Below, in pieces: positions 28,545 to 38,499 of a DNA stretch of 64,000 nucleotides. The notes below the pieces were generated by a model, which was given only the letters and a program-made list of their open reading frames with translations, was not told the origin of the DNA and ran no database searches. The first letter of the stretch is position 1, and every line of letters starts with the position of its first letter. The translations under genes and the position numbers were made by a program. Origin of the DNA: Fidelibacterota bacterium (GTDB lineage Bacteria; Fidelibacterota; SORT01); the NCBI GenBank assembly GCA_022571215.1, contig JACZYG010000015.1, positions 63-64,062 on the forward strand, in the 5' to 3' direction.

Positions 28545-29596
28545 TTTTTCCCCCTCACGCCATCTAAAATTGCCCCTCCCAATTTATCAGGACCGAACCT
28601 TACCGGGTCATCCACCGGGAGACCCGTTTCCTCTTCCGCATCTTTAATGGCAATTCGAGCCTCATCCTCGGATAGCTCTGAGGTATCGAGACTTACTCCG
28701 ATAACATCAATCTCTCTAAAAGGTTTCATGACCGCTTTATGAAGCTCTATCGCCTCCGTCAGAGTAGGCAGGTTCGTGCCGTAATCGTTCACTTTTCTTG
28801 AAGGTTCGTGACATAGTATGATCCCGTCGGGCATCGAGCCGTGTATAAGTCCCAATGTAACACCGCTGTATCCCTGATGAAAGAGTGAACCTTGTCCCTC
28901 AATAAGCAGTAGATCAAAATCTTTATCTACTTTCATGATCTCCGATTCAATCGAACCCGCTATAAAATCACTTACTACAGCATCGACACATACTCCTTTA
29001 TCGGTAAATAGGAGACCGGTCTGTCCTGTGGCGATGAACACACTATTTAGTGTACTCTTATCCAAAAAGCCTATAAGTTGTATAAGTGTGGTCATTTTCC
29101 CGATTGCGACATCGGTTCCGACAGTGAGCAGAACATATGACGAACGTTCCCGCCACTTGTCTTCCGATACGACAAGGTCAGCTGGTGGTTTACGCAGATC
29201 AATGATCTCTACCTTATTTGCTCTTGCAGCTGCAGCGAATTCATTATCATCGTTTAGAAAAGCGTGTAATCCGCTAACTATATCAAGTCCTTCTCCTATG
29301 GCATCGAGCACTATAGGCCGCCATTCATCGGGGAGATCGCCGCCAATCGGAGCAATACCAATTAAAAGAGCGTTTGGTGAATACTTAAGAGTTTCTTGAA
29401 ACGATGAAACAACCGGTGTATCACCGCCATACCCTATCAGTTCCTCCGCGGTTTTACCCGCTTGAGTGCTGTCAATCAGCGCCGCGGCAGAATCAGGAAT
29501 GAACCTGAGCACCGCATTTGCGGTTTTTGATTCTTTCGGATTGAATTTTCCTTCCGCAAGTATGGCGTATCGGACACTGCTTCTCTTTATAGTCAA
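28541..29596 (-). CDS. DUF1611-domain protein (DgcN-like putative N-acetyltransferase)
   Basis: N-terminal Rossmann-like region (RYAILAEGKF...ALLIGIAPIGGDLP) plus a C-terminal P-loop-like domain; commonly paired with enolase-superfamily epimerases. Confidence 0.65.
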   Translation of the reverse strand: MTIKRSSVRYAILAEGKFNPKESKTANAVLRFIPDSAAALIDSTQAGKTAEELIGYGGDTPVVSSFQETLKYSPNALLIGIAPIGGDLPDEWRPIVLDAIGEGLDIVSGLHAFLNDDNEFAAAARANKVEIIDLRKPPADLVVSEDKWRERSSYVLLTVGTDVAIGKMTTLIQLIGFLDKSTLNSVFIATGQTGLLFTDKGVCVDAVVSDFIAGSIESEIMKVDKDFDLLLIEGQGSLFHQGYSGVTLGLIHGSMPDGIILCHEPSRKVNDYGTNLPTLTEAIELHKAVMKPFREIDVIGVSLDTSELSEDEARIAIKDAEEETGLPVDDPVRFGPDKLGGAILDGVRGKN

Positions 29597-30834
29597 TTAC
29601 TGACACGCTCCACGACCGTCATTATTTCATCTTTTGTGAGGATCCTATCCGACTCTTTTGCGATTCTAAATAGTTCATCCACAAGTTCATCTGACGGCTC
29701 TATATTGTTATTATTAAGCCAATAAATGACGTTTGATTTTCCCGACATCGGTCCTATATCTATAGTCTGATGTCGCCCTACCATTCCCGCCGGCACACCG
29801 GAATATATCCTATCGGCGAGCCAATCGTCGCCCTTCGATTCGGCTTTGATAACAGCCGCCGCATGAACTCCTGTCGCCGTCCTGAAAGCGTCCTCTCCAA
29901 TCACGGGATAGTTCGGAGGTAGCGGGATTCCGGTATATTCGGAAGTTTTTTGAACGTATTCGGGCAGCTTGGTCAGATCATTATTTATCAATCCTAACAG
30001 TCTGAGATTGACCAAAAGCGTGTCCATCGGGAGGTTGCCGATGCGTTCGCCTATTCCCATTGCCGTTCCGTGCACTCTGTCAACCCCCGCTTCGATAGCC
30101 GCAAGAGCGTTTGGCAGCGCCAATCCTCTATCTCTGTGACCGTGCCAGTCGAGTTTCAGATCAACGTCCTTTGACTTGAGGTACTCCCTTGTCCAGTTCA
30201 CGAGGTTTTTAACTCCTTCAGGAGTCGCATGACCGCATGTGTCACATAGACAAAGCCGCGCCGCGCCTGAGTCTATGGCGGCATCAAAAAGTGTTTTGAG
30301 AGTATCGGGGGTCGCGCGAACCGTATCCTCGGTAACGAACATGACAGGTAAGCCTTCTTTCACGGCAAAACTAACGGACTCCACAGTGTGACTCACCATC
30401 TTCTCCAAGGTCCATTCCTCTGCGTATACGCGAATCGGACTGCTTCCTATGAACGTGCAAACTTCGACCGGCAGCCCCACTTTCTGAGAAATTTCGACCA
30501 CCGGAGTAACATCAGCAATAAGAGTCCGAGCGGCGCAATTCGGAGTTATGTTCATCTTGTTGTCCGCTATTTCCTTGACGAGAGCGAGAACGTCTTCTCT
30601 TGCTCTCGGTCCCGCGCCCGGAAGACCGACATCCGCCGTATGAATACCAAGCTCTTCCATCAGGTGCAGCAGTTCTTTCTTCTGCCCGATTGTCGGGTCC
30701 TGAACGGATGGCGATTGAAGACCGTCACGCAAGGTCTCATCGTCAAATTCTATATCTATAAGCCCTGACGGACTGGAATTCCCCTCCGTGTTCCAATCGT
30801 ATATAAGCTCGCCGATATCTTTCTCATCACTCAT
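29593..30834 (-). CDS. DRE-TIM metallolyase, 2-isopropylmalate/homocitrate/citramalate synthase-like (HMGL-like) protein
   Basis: ETLRDGLQ..., HGHRDRGLALPNALAAIEAGVDRVHGTAMGIGERIGN (HxH metal motif); 413 aa, without the LeuA regulatory domain. Confidence 0.7.
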   Translation of the reverse strand: MSDEKDIGELIYDWNTEGNSSPSGLIDIEFDDETLRDGLQSPSVQDPTIGQKKELLHLMEELGIHTADVGLPGAGPRAREDVLALVKEIADNKMNITPNCAARTLIADVTPVVEISQKVGLPVEVCTFIGSSPIRVYAEEWTLEKMVSHTVESVSFAVKEGLPVMFVTEDTVRATPDTLKTLFDAAIDSGAARLCLCDTCGHATPEGVKNLVNWTREYLKSKDVDLKLDWHGHRDRGLALPNALAAIEAGVDRVHGTAMGIGERIGNLPMDTLLVNLRLLGLINNDLTKLPEYVQKTSEYTGIPLPPNYPVIGEDAFRTATGVHAAAVIKAESKGDDWLADRIYSGVPAGMVGRHQTIDIGPMSGKSNVIYWLNNNNIEPSDELVDELFRIAKESDRILTKDEIMTVVERVSN

Positions 30835-30849
30835 CAGAAGTGTCCTCTC

Positions 30850-31644
30850 TCAGCTGCCTTTGAATTTCGGCTCTCTTTTCCCAAGAAACGCATTCATACC
30901 TTCTTTCATATCTTCTGTTCCGCAAAGAATCCCGAACCGGTCGGATTCTATTGCAAGTCCTTCGTCAAGCGTCATGTTCATCCCTCTGTTGACAGCTTCG
31001 ATACACATTTTTATAGAAACAGGCGCTTTGGATAGAATAACTTTCATCATTTCTATTGCTGATTCAAGGGATTTACCTTCAGGCACCACTTTACTTAATA
31101 GTCCAATATCCATTGCTTCTTGAGCGCTTATGGTTTTTCCTGTGAGTATAAGTTCCAAAGCTCTTGAACTGCCGATCAGCCGTGGAAGCCGCTGCGAACC
31201 GCCAAATCCGGGCATGATCCCAAGTCCTACCTCCGGCAGTCCCATCTTCGCGTTTTCCGCCGCAATACGGATATGACATCCAAGAGCGAGCTCGAACCCG
31301 CCGCCGAGGGCATAACCGTTTATTGCCGCTATTACCGGTTTTCCCATTAGCTCAAGGACTTGTAGAGTCTCCTGTCCCCGAATGGATGTTTCTCTTCCAC
31401 TCAAAACGCTTTCCCTTGCAAGCTCGTTTATATCAGCGCCCGCCACGAATGCCTTCTCACCCATTCCGGTAATTATCATACCGCCTATCGAACTGTCGTC
31501 TCTAACGGAGAGCGCAGCTGCCTTTAGCTCTTTGACGGTCTCTTGATTCAGCGCATTCATAACTTCCGGACGGTTTACGGTCACAACCGCAATTTTATCT
31601 TTCACTTCAAACAGCAAATTTTTATACGGCATCTTTTCTCCCAA
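30850..31644 (-). CDS. enoyl-CoA hydratase/isomerase (crotonase family)
   Basis: AFVAGADINE...INGYALGGGFELALGCHIRIA oxyanion-hole motifs; 264 aa. Confidence 0.85.
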   Translation of the reverse strand: MGEKMPYKNLLFEVKDKIAVVTVNRPEVMNALNQETVKELKAAALSVRDDSSIGGMIITGMGEKAFVAGADINELARESVLSGRETSIRGQETLQVLELMGKPVIAAINGYALGGGFELALGCHIRIAAENAKMGLPEVGLGIMPGFGGSQRLPRLIGSSRALELILTGKTISAQEAMDIGLLSKVVPEGKSLESAIEMMKVILSKAPVSIKMCIEAVNRGMNMTLDEGLAIESDRFGILCGTEDMKEGMNAFLGKREPKFKGS

Positions 31645-31647
31645 TTC

Positions 31648-33093
31648 TCATTTTCTCTTCCAGAAAGTCCTGCTAAACAATACTATAACGGTAAAAAGTT
31701 CAAGTCTTCCAAGAAGCATACAAAAGTTCAAAAGCAATTTAGCCGCCGCCGGCAGATGGGAATAATTGTCCGTTGGTCCTAAACTCCCGAGGGCGGGACC
31801 AATATTGCCGAGAGCTGACGCGGTTACCGAGACGGCGCTGACTATATCCAACCCCAATCCTGCCATAATAATGCTTACCGCAACGAAAATAGCCATATAA
31901 AATAAGAAAAAACCGAGAACGTTTTTTATAATGTCATCTGATATTATCCGGTCGCCCAATTTAACGGGATAGACAGCGGTCGGATGAACCAGCTTCCTTA
32001 TCTCATATACGGCGTGCTTAAAAAGGATAACCACTCTTATCACCTTCATTGAACCGCCCGTTGAACTTGCGCAAGCTCCTACAAACATCAATGCGACTAT
32101 CAATAATTGTCCTACCGGCAGCCAAAGTTCATAATCCGCGGTTATATAACCGGTTGTGGTCACTATAGAGACTACCTGAAAGAGAGAATGTCTCAATGCC
32201 AATTCGGGGGAGATTGTTTCACTCAGATATACGATTCCGAGAACAATAACGGTGATAACAGAAATTATGCCTAAATAAAATTTGAATTCCTTATCATGTA
32301 TATGCGCTTTGATATCTCCATTGAACATTCGGAAATGAAGAGCGAAATTCGAACCCGCAAGAATCATAAAAAATATTATCACATAATCGAAATATGCGCT
32401 GTTGTAGTGCGCTATGCTCGCATTCTTGGTCGAAAATCCTCCGGTTGCCATCGTACCGAAAGTATGACAGACGGAATCGAAGAGATCCATGCCACCCGCC
32501 CAAAGCATCGTGGCTTCAACAACGCTTATGAGTATGTATGTGATCCATAACAATTTTGCCGTCTCTCTAATCCGGGGAGTAAAACGGTCTTTCGTAGGAC
32601 CGGGCGCTTCCGCCTTGAAAAGTTGTGAAGCCCCTATGCCCAACATCGGTAATATCGCAAGAGAAAAGACTATAATGCCCATCCCTCCGAGCCAATGAGT
32701 CAGAGAGCGCCAGAAAAGTATACCATGAGGTAACGCCTCTATATCGGTGAGAATAGAGGCTCCGGTCGTCGTAAATCCCGACATCGACTCAAAAAATGCG
32801 TCTACCGGAGACTGTATCGCGGAAGACAAGAGAAAAGGAAGCATTCCGAATAAAGCGCTCGTTATCCAGCCGAACGTTACTATGGCGAAACCGTCTCTAA
32901 CCCTGATATCAGAGCCGCCCCGGGTACTTACCCATAGAAGGAATCCTGTACCGATGGTTATTCCCGCCGATAGAAGAATAGCTTTTGTATCACCGTCACC
33001 GTAGTAAATGGAAAAAGGCAGCGCGAGAAGCATTGTTGTCCCGAGGAAGATCCATAACGCCCCGAGAACATTTAATATTTGTTTCAGATGCAT
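31648..33093 (-). CDS. trkH: TrkH/KtrB-family K+ uptake permease
   Basis: Repeated M-P-M segments with selectivity-filter-like MSGFTTTGAS and TTTGY; 481 aa. Confidence 0.9.
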   Translation of the reverse strand: MHLKQILNVLGALWIFLGTTMLLALPFSIYYGDGDTKAILLSAGITIGTGFLLWVSTRGGSDIRVRDGFAIVTFGWITSALFGMLPFLLSSAIQSPVDAFFESMSGFTTTGASILTDIEALPHGILFWRSLTHWLGGMGIIVFSLAILPMLGIGASQLFKAEAPGPTKDRFTPRIRETAKLLWITYILISVVEATMLWAGGMDLFDSVCHTFGTMATGGFSTKNASIAHYNSAYFDYVIIFFMILAGSNFALHFRMFNGDIKAHIHDKEFKFYLGIISVITVIVLGIVYLSETISPELALRHSLFQVVSIVTTTGYITADYELWLPVGQLLIVALMFVGACASSTGGSMKVIRVVILFKHAVYEIRKLVHPTAVYPVKLGDRIISDDIIKNVLGFFLFYMAIFVAVSIIMAGLGLDIVSAVSVTASALGNIGPALGSLGPTDNYSHLPAAAKLLLNFCMLLGRLELFTVIVLFSRTFWKRK

Positions 33094-33111
33094 TTTACAT
33101 ACTCAACCGTA

Positions 33112-33190
33112 GTCATTCCGAACCTTGATTTATCGAAGTGAAAGAATCTCATATTTATCCAATCGGTAGTATGAGATTGCCCGCCTGTCA
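33112..33190. repeat. MITE-like element (gtcattccgaaccttgatttatcgaagtgaaagaatctcat...atgagattgcc)
   Basis: Same architecture as 22388-22485, 23311 and 36576. Confidence 0.55.
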
Positions 33191-33230
33191 GTCGGAGTGT
33201 ATGATCGCCTTTTACGTTAACGGCCCTTTT

Positions 33231-33283
33231 GGAGTGCATTGACTGTGTCAATGCCGCATCAACATAGTTGATGCACTCCATAT
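33231..33283. repeat. 53-bp nested-palindrome element, copy 2
   Basis: ggagtgcattgactgtgtcaatgccgcatcaacatagttgatgcactccatat. Confidence 0.8.
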
Positions 33284-33520
33284 AAAAACACGCCGTCTTC
33301 TCATCCCTTAGGGATTTGAATCCTCCATAGGAGTTCCTTCGGAACACCCCTCTTGATGAGGGAAATTTCTCCTTCCATCCTTTAATAAAGGAAGGAAACG
33401 TCATCGTCAATTTCATATTTTCATGTTGCCTCGGCTCTGATTAAACCAGAGAACTCTATAGTGTATTGCAGTGTTTATCAGGCAGTAGTATAATTCATCT
33501 AAAGTAAAATATTAATATTA

Positions 33521-34864
33521 TTAAGGGCTGAAAAGTTTCTCTAAATCAGAGATCGCCTCAGTACGGGTGAAGACTATTACCTTGTCTCCCGGAACTATCA
33601 TGCTGTCACCTGTGGGAATCGTTATCTCGTTCACATGAATTTGAGCGCCTACAATCGAACCGGCAGGGAAATTGCAATCCTTGATCGGTTTTTTAGTCAC
33701 CTTGCTGTCTAATTGAGGAATGAGTTCTATCGCCTCGACGTCAGTCCCTTCAAGCGAGATAACTGAAACCACTTCTCCTTTGCGAATATATTTCAATATT
33801 GCGTCAACGGTCGCAGCGCTCTTACTGACGACCGATTCGATTCCTATCTGATTCACGACAGGTATAAGGTCGTTCCGGGTAACGTGAACTATAGCCTTTT
33901 TTACTCCCAGGTCTTTTGCGAGGATACCCGAAATGACGTTCTTCTCATCGGTTTGGGTGACTGCAATAAATGCGTCAACCTCACTGATCCCTTCATCTTT
34001 CAAAAGATCTATATCGGTGCCGTCACCTTTTATGATCAATGTATTCTTGAGCATTTTCGCAGCTTTTTCTGTCTTCGCCGAATTCATTTCAATTAGTTTG
34101 ACGGAGATCTTGTCCTCCAACATTTGCGCAACACGCCTGCCAATCTTGCCGGCGCCGAGTATCATAATATTATTGGCGGGTTGCTGCTCTTTACCCGCAA
34201 ATTTTAGTACTTCAGGAATATCCTCCGACTTAGCAATAATATAAACATGATCCTTGAGGTTGAATGTATCCGCTCCTGACGGCATAATGGTCTCTCCGTC
34301 CCTGCTGATAGCAACTGTTCTATATTGAATATCCGGATGTTCCAGGGCAATTTTTTGCAGCGATTTCCCTATAATCGGGGACTCCTCTCTGAGTTTGATT
34401 CCGACAAGCTGTATCCTTCCTCCTGAAAATTCGGCTACTTCGCTTGCGGCAGAACGTCTGATGAGATTTTTTATCTGCTTTGAAGCCTCCTCTTCGGGGT
34501 GAATCATTTTATCGATACCGAGCTGCGAAGGCGTTATAAGAGCTCGCGGTTTGGAATATTCAGCGTTTCTGACCCTCGCTACCTTGGTTTCAACTCCGAG
34601 TCTGTTAGCGAACATACATGACATTATGTTCACTTCATCAATACTTGTTACGGCTATCAGCATGTCCATTTTTTTTATTCCGGCATCAGAGAGTGTTTGC
34701 GCGCTCCCCCCGTTTCCTTCGAGCACAAGAACATCGAGATGCTCCCTCGCGTGCTGGCATTTCTCAGAATCTATATCGAGCAGAGTGACATCATGATTTT
34801 CTTCCGATAACATTTTAGCAAGGTGAAAACCTACCTCACCGGCTCCTATAATGATTATTTTCAT
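33521..34864 (-). CDS. trkA: Trk system K+ uptake NAD-binding protein TrkA (two RCK/TrkA-N plus TrkA-C units)
   Basis: MKIIIIGAGEVGFHLAKML Rossmann motif, repeated at IMILGAGKIGRRVAQML; 447 aa. Confidence 0.9.
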   Translation of the reverse strand: MKIIIIGAGEVGFHLAKMLSEENHDVTLLDIDSEKCQHAREHLDVLVLEGNGGSAQTLSDAGIKKMDMLIAVTSIDEVNIMSCMFANRLGVETKVARVRNAEYSKPRALITPSQLGIDKMIHPEEEASKQIKNLIRRSAASEVAEFSGGRIQLVGIKLREESPIIGKSLQKIALEHPDIQYRTVAISRDGETIMPSGADTFNLKDHVYIIAKSEDIPEVLKFAGKEQQPANNIMILGAGKIGRRVAQMLEDKISVKLIEMNSAKTEKAAKMLKNTLIIKGDGTDIDLLKDEGISEVDAFIAVTQTDEKNVISGILAKDLGVKKAIVHVTRNDLIPVVNQIGIESVVSKSAATVDAILKYIRKGEVVSVISLEGTDVEAIELIPQLDSKVTKKPIKDCNFPAGSIVGAQIHVNEITIPTGDSMIVPGDKVIVFTRTEAISDLEKLFSP

Positions 34865-35916
34865 ACGGCAATTCCTACTTTTTTCATTCTTATTTCATGA
34901 ACATCGCAAAATTTGGTCAGAGCATCGGCGGTCTCTTCTGAACTTACATCAAGGTGAAACACCGCGCGAAGTCGTTGAGGAGATGTTGATAAAATTGCTA
35001 TTCCCGCTTCGGCTAAATCCAGTATCCAATCAGCGGCGCTGCCGAGCGATTCATCAATATCTATCATAATTATGTTCGTTTGAACCCAATCAAGCTCGAT
35101 ATTTATACCTTCAAGAGAAGCGATTCCCTCCGCAAATGTACGGGCATTGGAATGGTCGTCCGACAACCGCTCAACGTTATTCTCAAGCGCATATTTTCCC
35201 GCCGCCGCCAATAAGCCTGCCTGCCGCATTCCGCCGCCGTAAATTTTCCTGTAACGGTGCGCCCTTTCAATAAATCCTTTGGTGCCGGCAACTACAGAAC
35301 CGACAGGCGCTCCAAGCCCCTTTGACAGACAGATACTGACGGAATCGAAATACGATGCCCATTCCGCCGCCTCGACAGCCGTGGCAACAACGGCATTCAT
35401 CAGTCTCGCGCCGTCAAGATGCATCTTAATATTATGCTTCTTAGCAACTTGTGAAATCTCTTTTATCTGCTCGATTGGAAATATCGTTCCTCCCGCCCTG
35501 TTATGTGTATTTTCGAGGGCGATAAGAGTTGTCTGAGCGAAATGGGCATTGGTCGGACGTATATTGGCTTCCACCTGTTCAGCGGTGATGGAGCCCATAA
35601 CTCCCTCTATCGTCCGTAACATAACTCCCGAAAGGAGCGCCGGAGCGCCGGATTCATAATTATACAGATGACACCCCGCCTCGCATATCACTTCATTGCC
35701 GGGTTGCGTATGAGCATTTATGCTGACCTGATTCGCCATCGTTCCACTGGGAACATAAAGGGCGGATTCTTTTCCGAAAAGTTTTGCGACCGATAACTGT
35801 AGCTCATTGACATTCGGATCCTCTCCGAAGACATCATCGCCAACCTCCGCCCTTGAAATCACATCCCTCATCTCATCGGAGGGTTTTGTGACTGTATCGC
35901 TCCTTATATCGATCAT
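34861..35916 (-). CDS. ltaE: low-specificity L-threonine aldolase
   Basis: MIDIRSDTVTKP...GDDVFGEDP...; PLP-lysine context; 351 aa. Confidence 0.85.
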   Translation of the reverse strand: MIDIRSDTVTKPSDEMRDVISRAEVGDDVFGEDPNVNELQLSVAKLFGKESALYVPSGTMANQVSINAHTQPGNEVICEAGCHLYNYESGAPALLSGVMLRTIEGVMGSITAEQVEANIRPTNAHFAQTTLIALENTHNRAGGTIFPIEQIKEISQVAKKHNIKMHLDGARLMNAVVATAVEAAEWASYFDSVSICLSKGLGAPVGSVVAGTKGFIERAHRYRKIYGGGMRQAGLLAAAGKYALENNVERLSDDHSNARTFAEGIASLEGINIELDWVQTNIIMIDIDESLGSAADWILDLAEAGIAILSTSPQRLRAVFHLDVSSEETADALTKFCDVHEIRMKKVGIAV

Positions 35917-36114
35917 TATGAGCTTTTTTCATCCACAGTGCGTAAAGTTTATTACGCCTTGAATTAAAAGGCAAGAGATTCGACAGAGAAAGAAAACATT
36001 TTATATTCTGCTATAAGAAGCTCTGTAACTAATAGTGGAAGATCGTACATGGAACTTGATTGGAACTGAGAACATTTAGGATTATTTTTGAGCTGTAACA
36101 GGGAATGAATTGAT

Positions 36115-36546
36115 ATGATCAGAAAATATGAAGAAAAGGATATTGATGAACTTATCAAGGTATGGTACCATGCATCGAAATTCGCGCACCATTTCTTAAA
36201 TGAAGATTTTTTCGAACGCGAGAGAAAGAAATTCACTCATCCTAACTTACAGAGAACTGAAACATTGGTTTATGAAAAAGATAATAAGGTAGTCGGTTTC
36301 ATTACGCTTATGGACGAATTAGTCTATGCATTTTTCGTCGATATTGATTTTCAGCACAGTGGAATCGGAAGAGCATTGATGGATTATGCGAAATCAATAC
36401 GACCGTTTTTGGAACTTTATGTTTTTAAAGATAATGAGATAGGTAGAACTTTTTACGATAAATTTGGATTCATAGAGTTGTCGGAGCATCCACACGATGA
36501 AACAGGTTTTACGCAGCTGAAACTGAAACTAAAACTTACCTACTGA
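36115..36546 (+). CDS. GNAT-family N-acetyltransferase
   Basis: 143 aa; motif A-like QHSGIGRALM. Confidence 0.7.
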   Translation: MIRKYEEKDIDELIKVWYHASKFAHHFLNEDFFERERKKFTHPNLQRTETLVYEKDNKVVGFITLMDELVYAFFVDIDFQHSGIGRALMDYAKSIRPFLELYVFKDNEIGRTFYDKFGFIELSEHPHDETGFTQLKLKLKLTY

Positions 36547-36575
36547 CAGACAATCCCGACACGCTTCCAATTCAC

Positions 36576-36679
36576 TGTCTTTGCGAGAGCTGATTTATCA
36601 GGTCGAAGCAATCTCATGTCCGGTTAAACGATGAATACTGAATTGATTCGGATCAACACTCCTCGCAATGACAATAATC
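36576..36679. repeat. MITE-like element with terminal inverted repeats gtctttgcgagag / ctcctcgcaatgac
   Basis: About 104 bp; internal gcaatctca; its 5-prime half is about 90% identical to 23311-23352. Confidence 0.7.
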
Positions 36680-36732
36680 TACAACTTTTGACACACCTCA
36701 GCCTTATGCTATAAGATTTCTAAAGGATCGGC

Positions 36733-36930
36733 TTTCCCCTCTTAATTAGAGGGGAATTTTTCGCATCAGAGATGCGATGAGTGATTATTACACACTCCGT
36801 CACTTTGAAACCACCCCGTCTTTCGGCTCCGCCTAAATCCACCCCTCCTTCTTAAGGAGGGGATAAATGGGTGCCCCGCTTTCAGCGTGATTAGTCCCGC
36901 ATCGGCGCGGAAATGCACAGGCGGGAGTTG
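36733..36930. repeat. cluster of G/C-rich hairpins (cccctcttaattagagggg; cccctccttcttaaggagggg; gcatcagagatgc)
   Basis: Consecutive palindromes between the GNAT and tolC genes. Confidence 0.6.
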
Positions 36931-36996
36931 ACTTAACTCATCATAACAGTTATTTTACCTGCTCAATAATTTCTAAAACATTTAGGGAAAAACGAT

Positions 36997-38463
36997 ATGA
37001 AAAAGAAAGAAGTAATTTCCATTCGGTACAAATTTACCATAATTCTGCTCGCTACATTCATGAGCGGCCTGAACATGGTAAACGCCCAGGAAAGCGAGCA
37101 ATTGCGAACCGTTACGCTGGCAGAATTTTTAAATCAATTAAAGAATGAGCATCCTCTCTTCATTAAAGAGAGTTTGACCTCTGAACTGTTCCGAACCCGG
37201 CAACAAAGTTTAGCGGGGGTTCAAGACTGGAATATTACCTCTTCAATCGGCTACTTTTCCCGGGAGCCCGTCATAAATTTTTCGGGTCCCGATAAGACAG
37301 TCGGCAGCACCTTTAACGGCGGCATAGAGAAGATATTTTGGGCTACGGGTGGACGATTATCTACAACTCTCACTACAACAAGACTAAAATTCACTCTGCC
37401 GAACCTACCGGAATTCGGAGCGTTCCCTACCGACTGGTATCAAAGCGAGGTTGCTCTTACCTACATCCACCCTCTTATGAAAAACAGAAAGGGCTTCCTC
37501 GACAGGCTGCAATATAATCTCATGCAGTTCGATATTGACGCCTCTGAAATCAACGCTCTTGAAAACGAGGAAAACTTCCTTACGGAATCCGCGAGTAAAT
37601 TTCTTAATTGGGTGTTCCTCGTCGAACAACGGAATATAATCGAAGAGAGGCTCAACCTCAGCAGAACAGAGCTCGAACGGACAGAGCGGAAACGGAAAGC
37701 CAATCTTGTTGAAAAGGTTGATCTCATGCGGGCGGGCGACGCTGTCCGGATAGCGGAGCAGAACTTGCTCTTAACTGAATCAAGGTTAAAGGGACTGAAA
37801 GCCGAATTGTCTGTCCTTACTCAGCAAAAAGACTACGACAGCAGAACCCCTTTGTATGAGCTGTACAAAACGGAATCGCTTCCGCCATTGGATGAAGTGT
37901 CGGCAAAAATAGAAACAGATTCTCGTATTGTTAAAATTTTGAGCATCCGTATAGGACAATTAAATCTCGCCCGAAGAGGTTTCAAGGAAACCGCCAAACC
38001 GAATTTAGGCTTGGTCGCGCAAGTCAGCAAGAAAGAGCTGGATGAAGGATTGGGCGGAAGTTTCGGCTTGGAAAAGACAGACGCGCTGGTCGCTATTCAG
38101 TTCAGCGTTCCGTTAGGAAATAAGACGGCAAAATCGAATATCAGCAAGACCGATGTTCAGATAGCGCAACTTCAAAGCCAGATAAGGGAAGTGGTTATCG
38201 GATTGACATCGATAATCTCCAATCTGCATACGCAAATGATCGGGATGGAAAATGTGCTTCGGCTTAATGTCGAGCAGATAAACTCTTCGCGCGAAAAAAC
38301 CGAAGAAGAATTGAAACTATATAATCAGGGACGGGGTGATCTTACTTTTGTTATTCAGAGCCGGGATAATGAACAGAATGCCAAGTTGCTTCATGCGGTA
38401 AACGCGTTTACGTATCACAGTTTGCTCATCCAATACCGCTCACTTACCGACCAACTTTTATGA
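36997..38463 (+). CDS. TolC-family outer-membrane efflux protein
   Basis: Signal peptide; two tandem OEP repeats with coiled-coil heptads; 488 aa. Confidence 0.8.
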   Translation: MKKKEVISIRYKFTIILLATFMSGLNMVNAQESEQLRTVTLAEFLNQLKNEHPLFIKESLTSELFRTRQQSLAGVQDWNITSSIGYFSREPVINFSGPDKTVGSTFNGGIEKIFWATGGRLSTTLTTTRLKFTLPNLPEFGAFPTDWYQSEVALTYIHPLMKNRKGFLDRLQYNLMQFDIDASEINALENEENFLTESASKFLNWVFLVEQRNIIEERLNLSRTELERTERKRKANLVEKVDLMRAGDAVRIAEQNLLLTESRLKGLKAELSVLTQQKDYDSRTPLYELYKTESLPPLDEVSAKIETDSRIVKILSIRIGQLNLARRGFKETAKPNLGLVAQVSKKELDEGLGGSFGLEKTDALVAIQFSVPLGNKTAKSNISKTDVQIAQLQSQIREVVIGLTSIISNLHTQMIGMENVLRLNVEQINSSREKTEEELKLYNQGRGDLTFVIQSRDNEQNAKLLHAVNAFTYHSLLIQYRSLTDQLL

Positions 38464-38499
38464 CTATTTTCAGATATTAAACGTAATGGAGCATCATAA

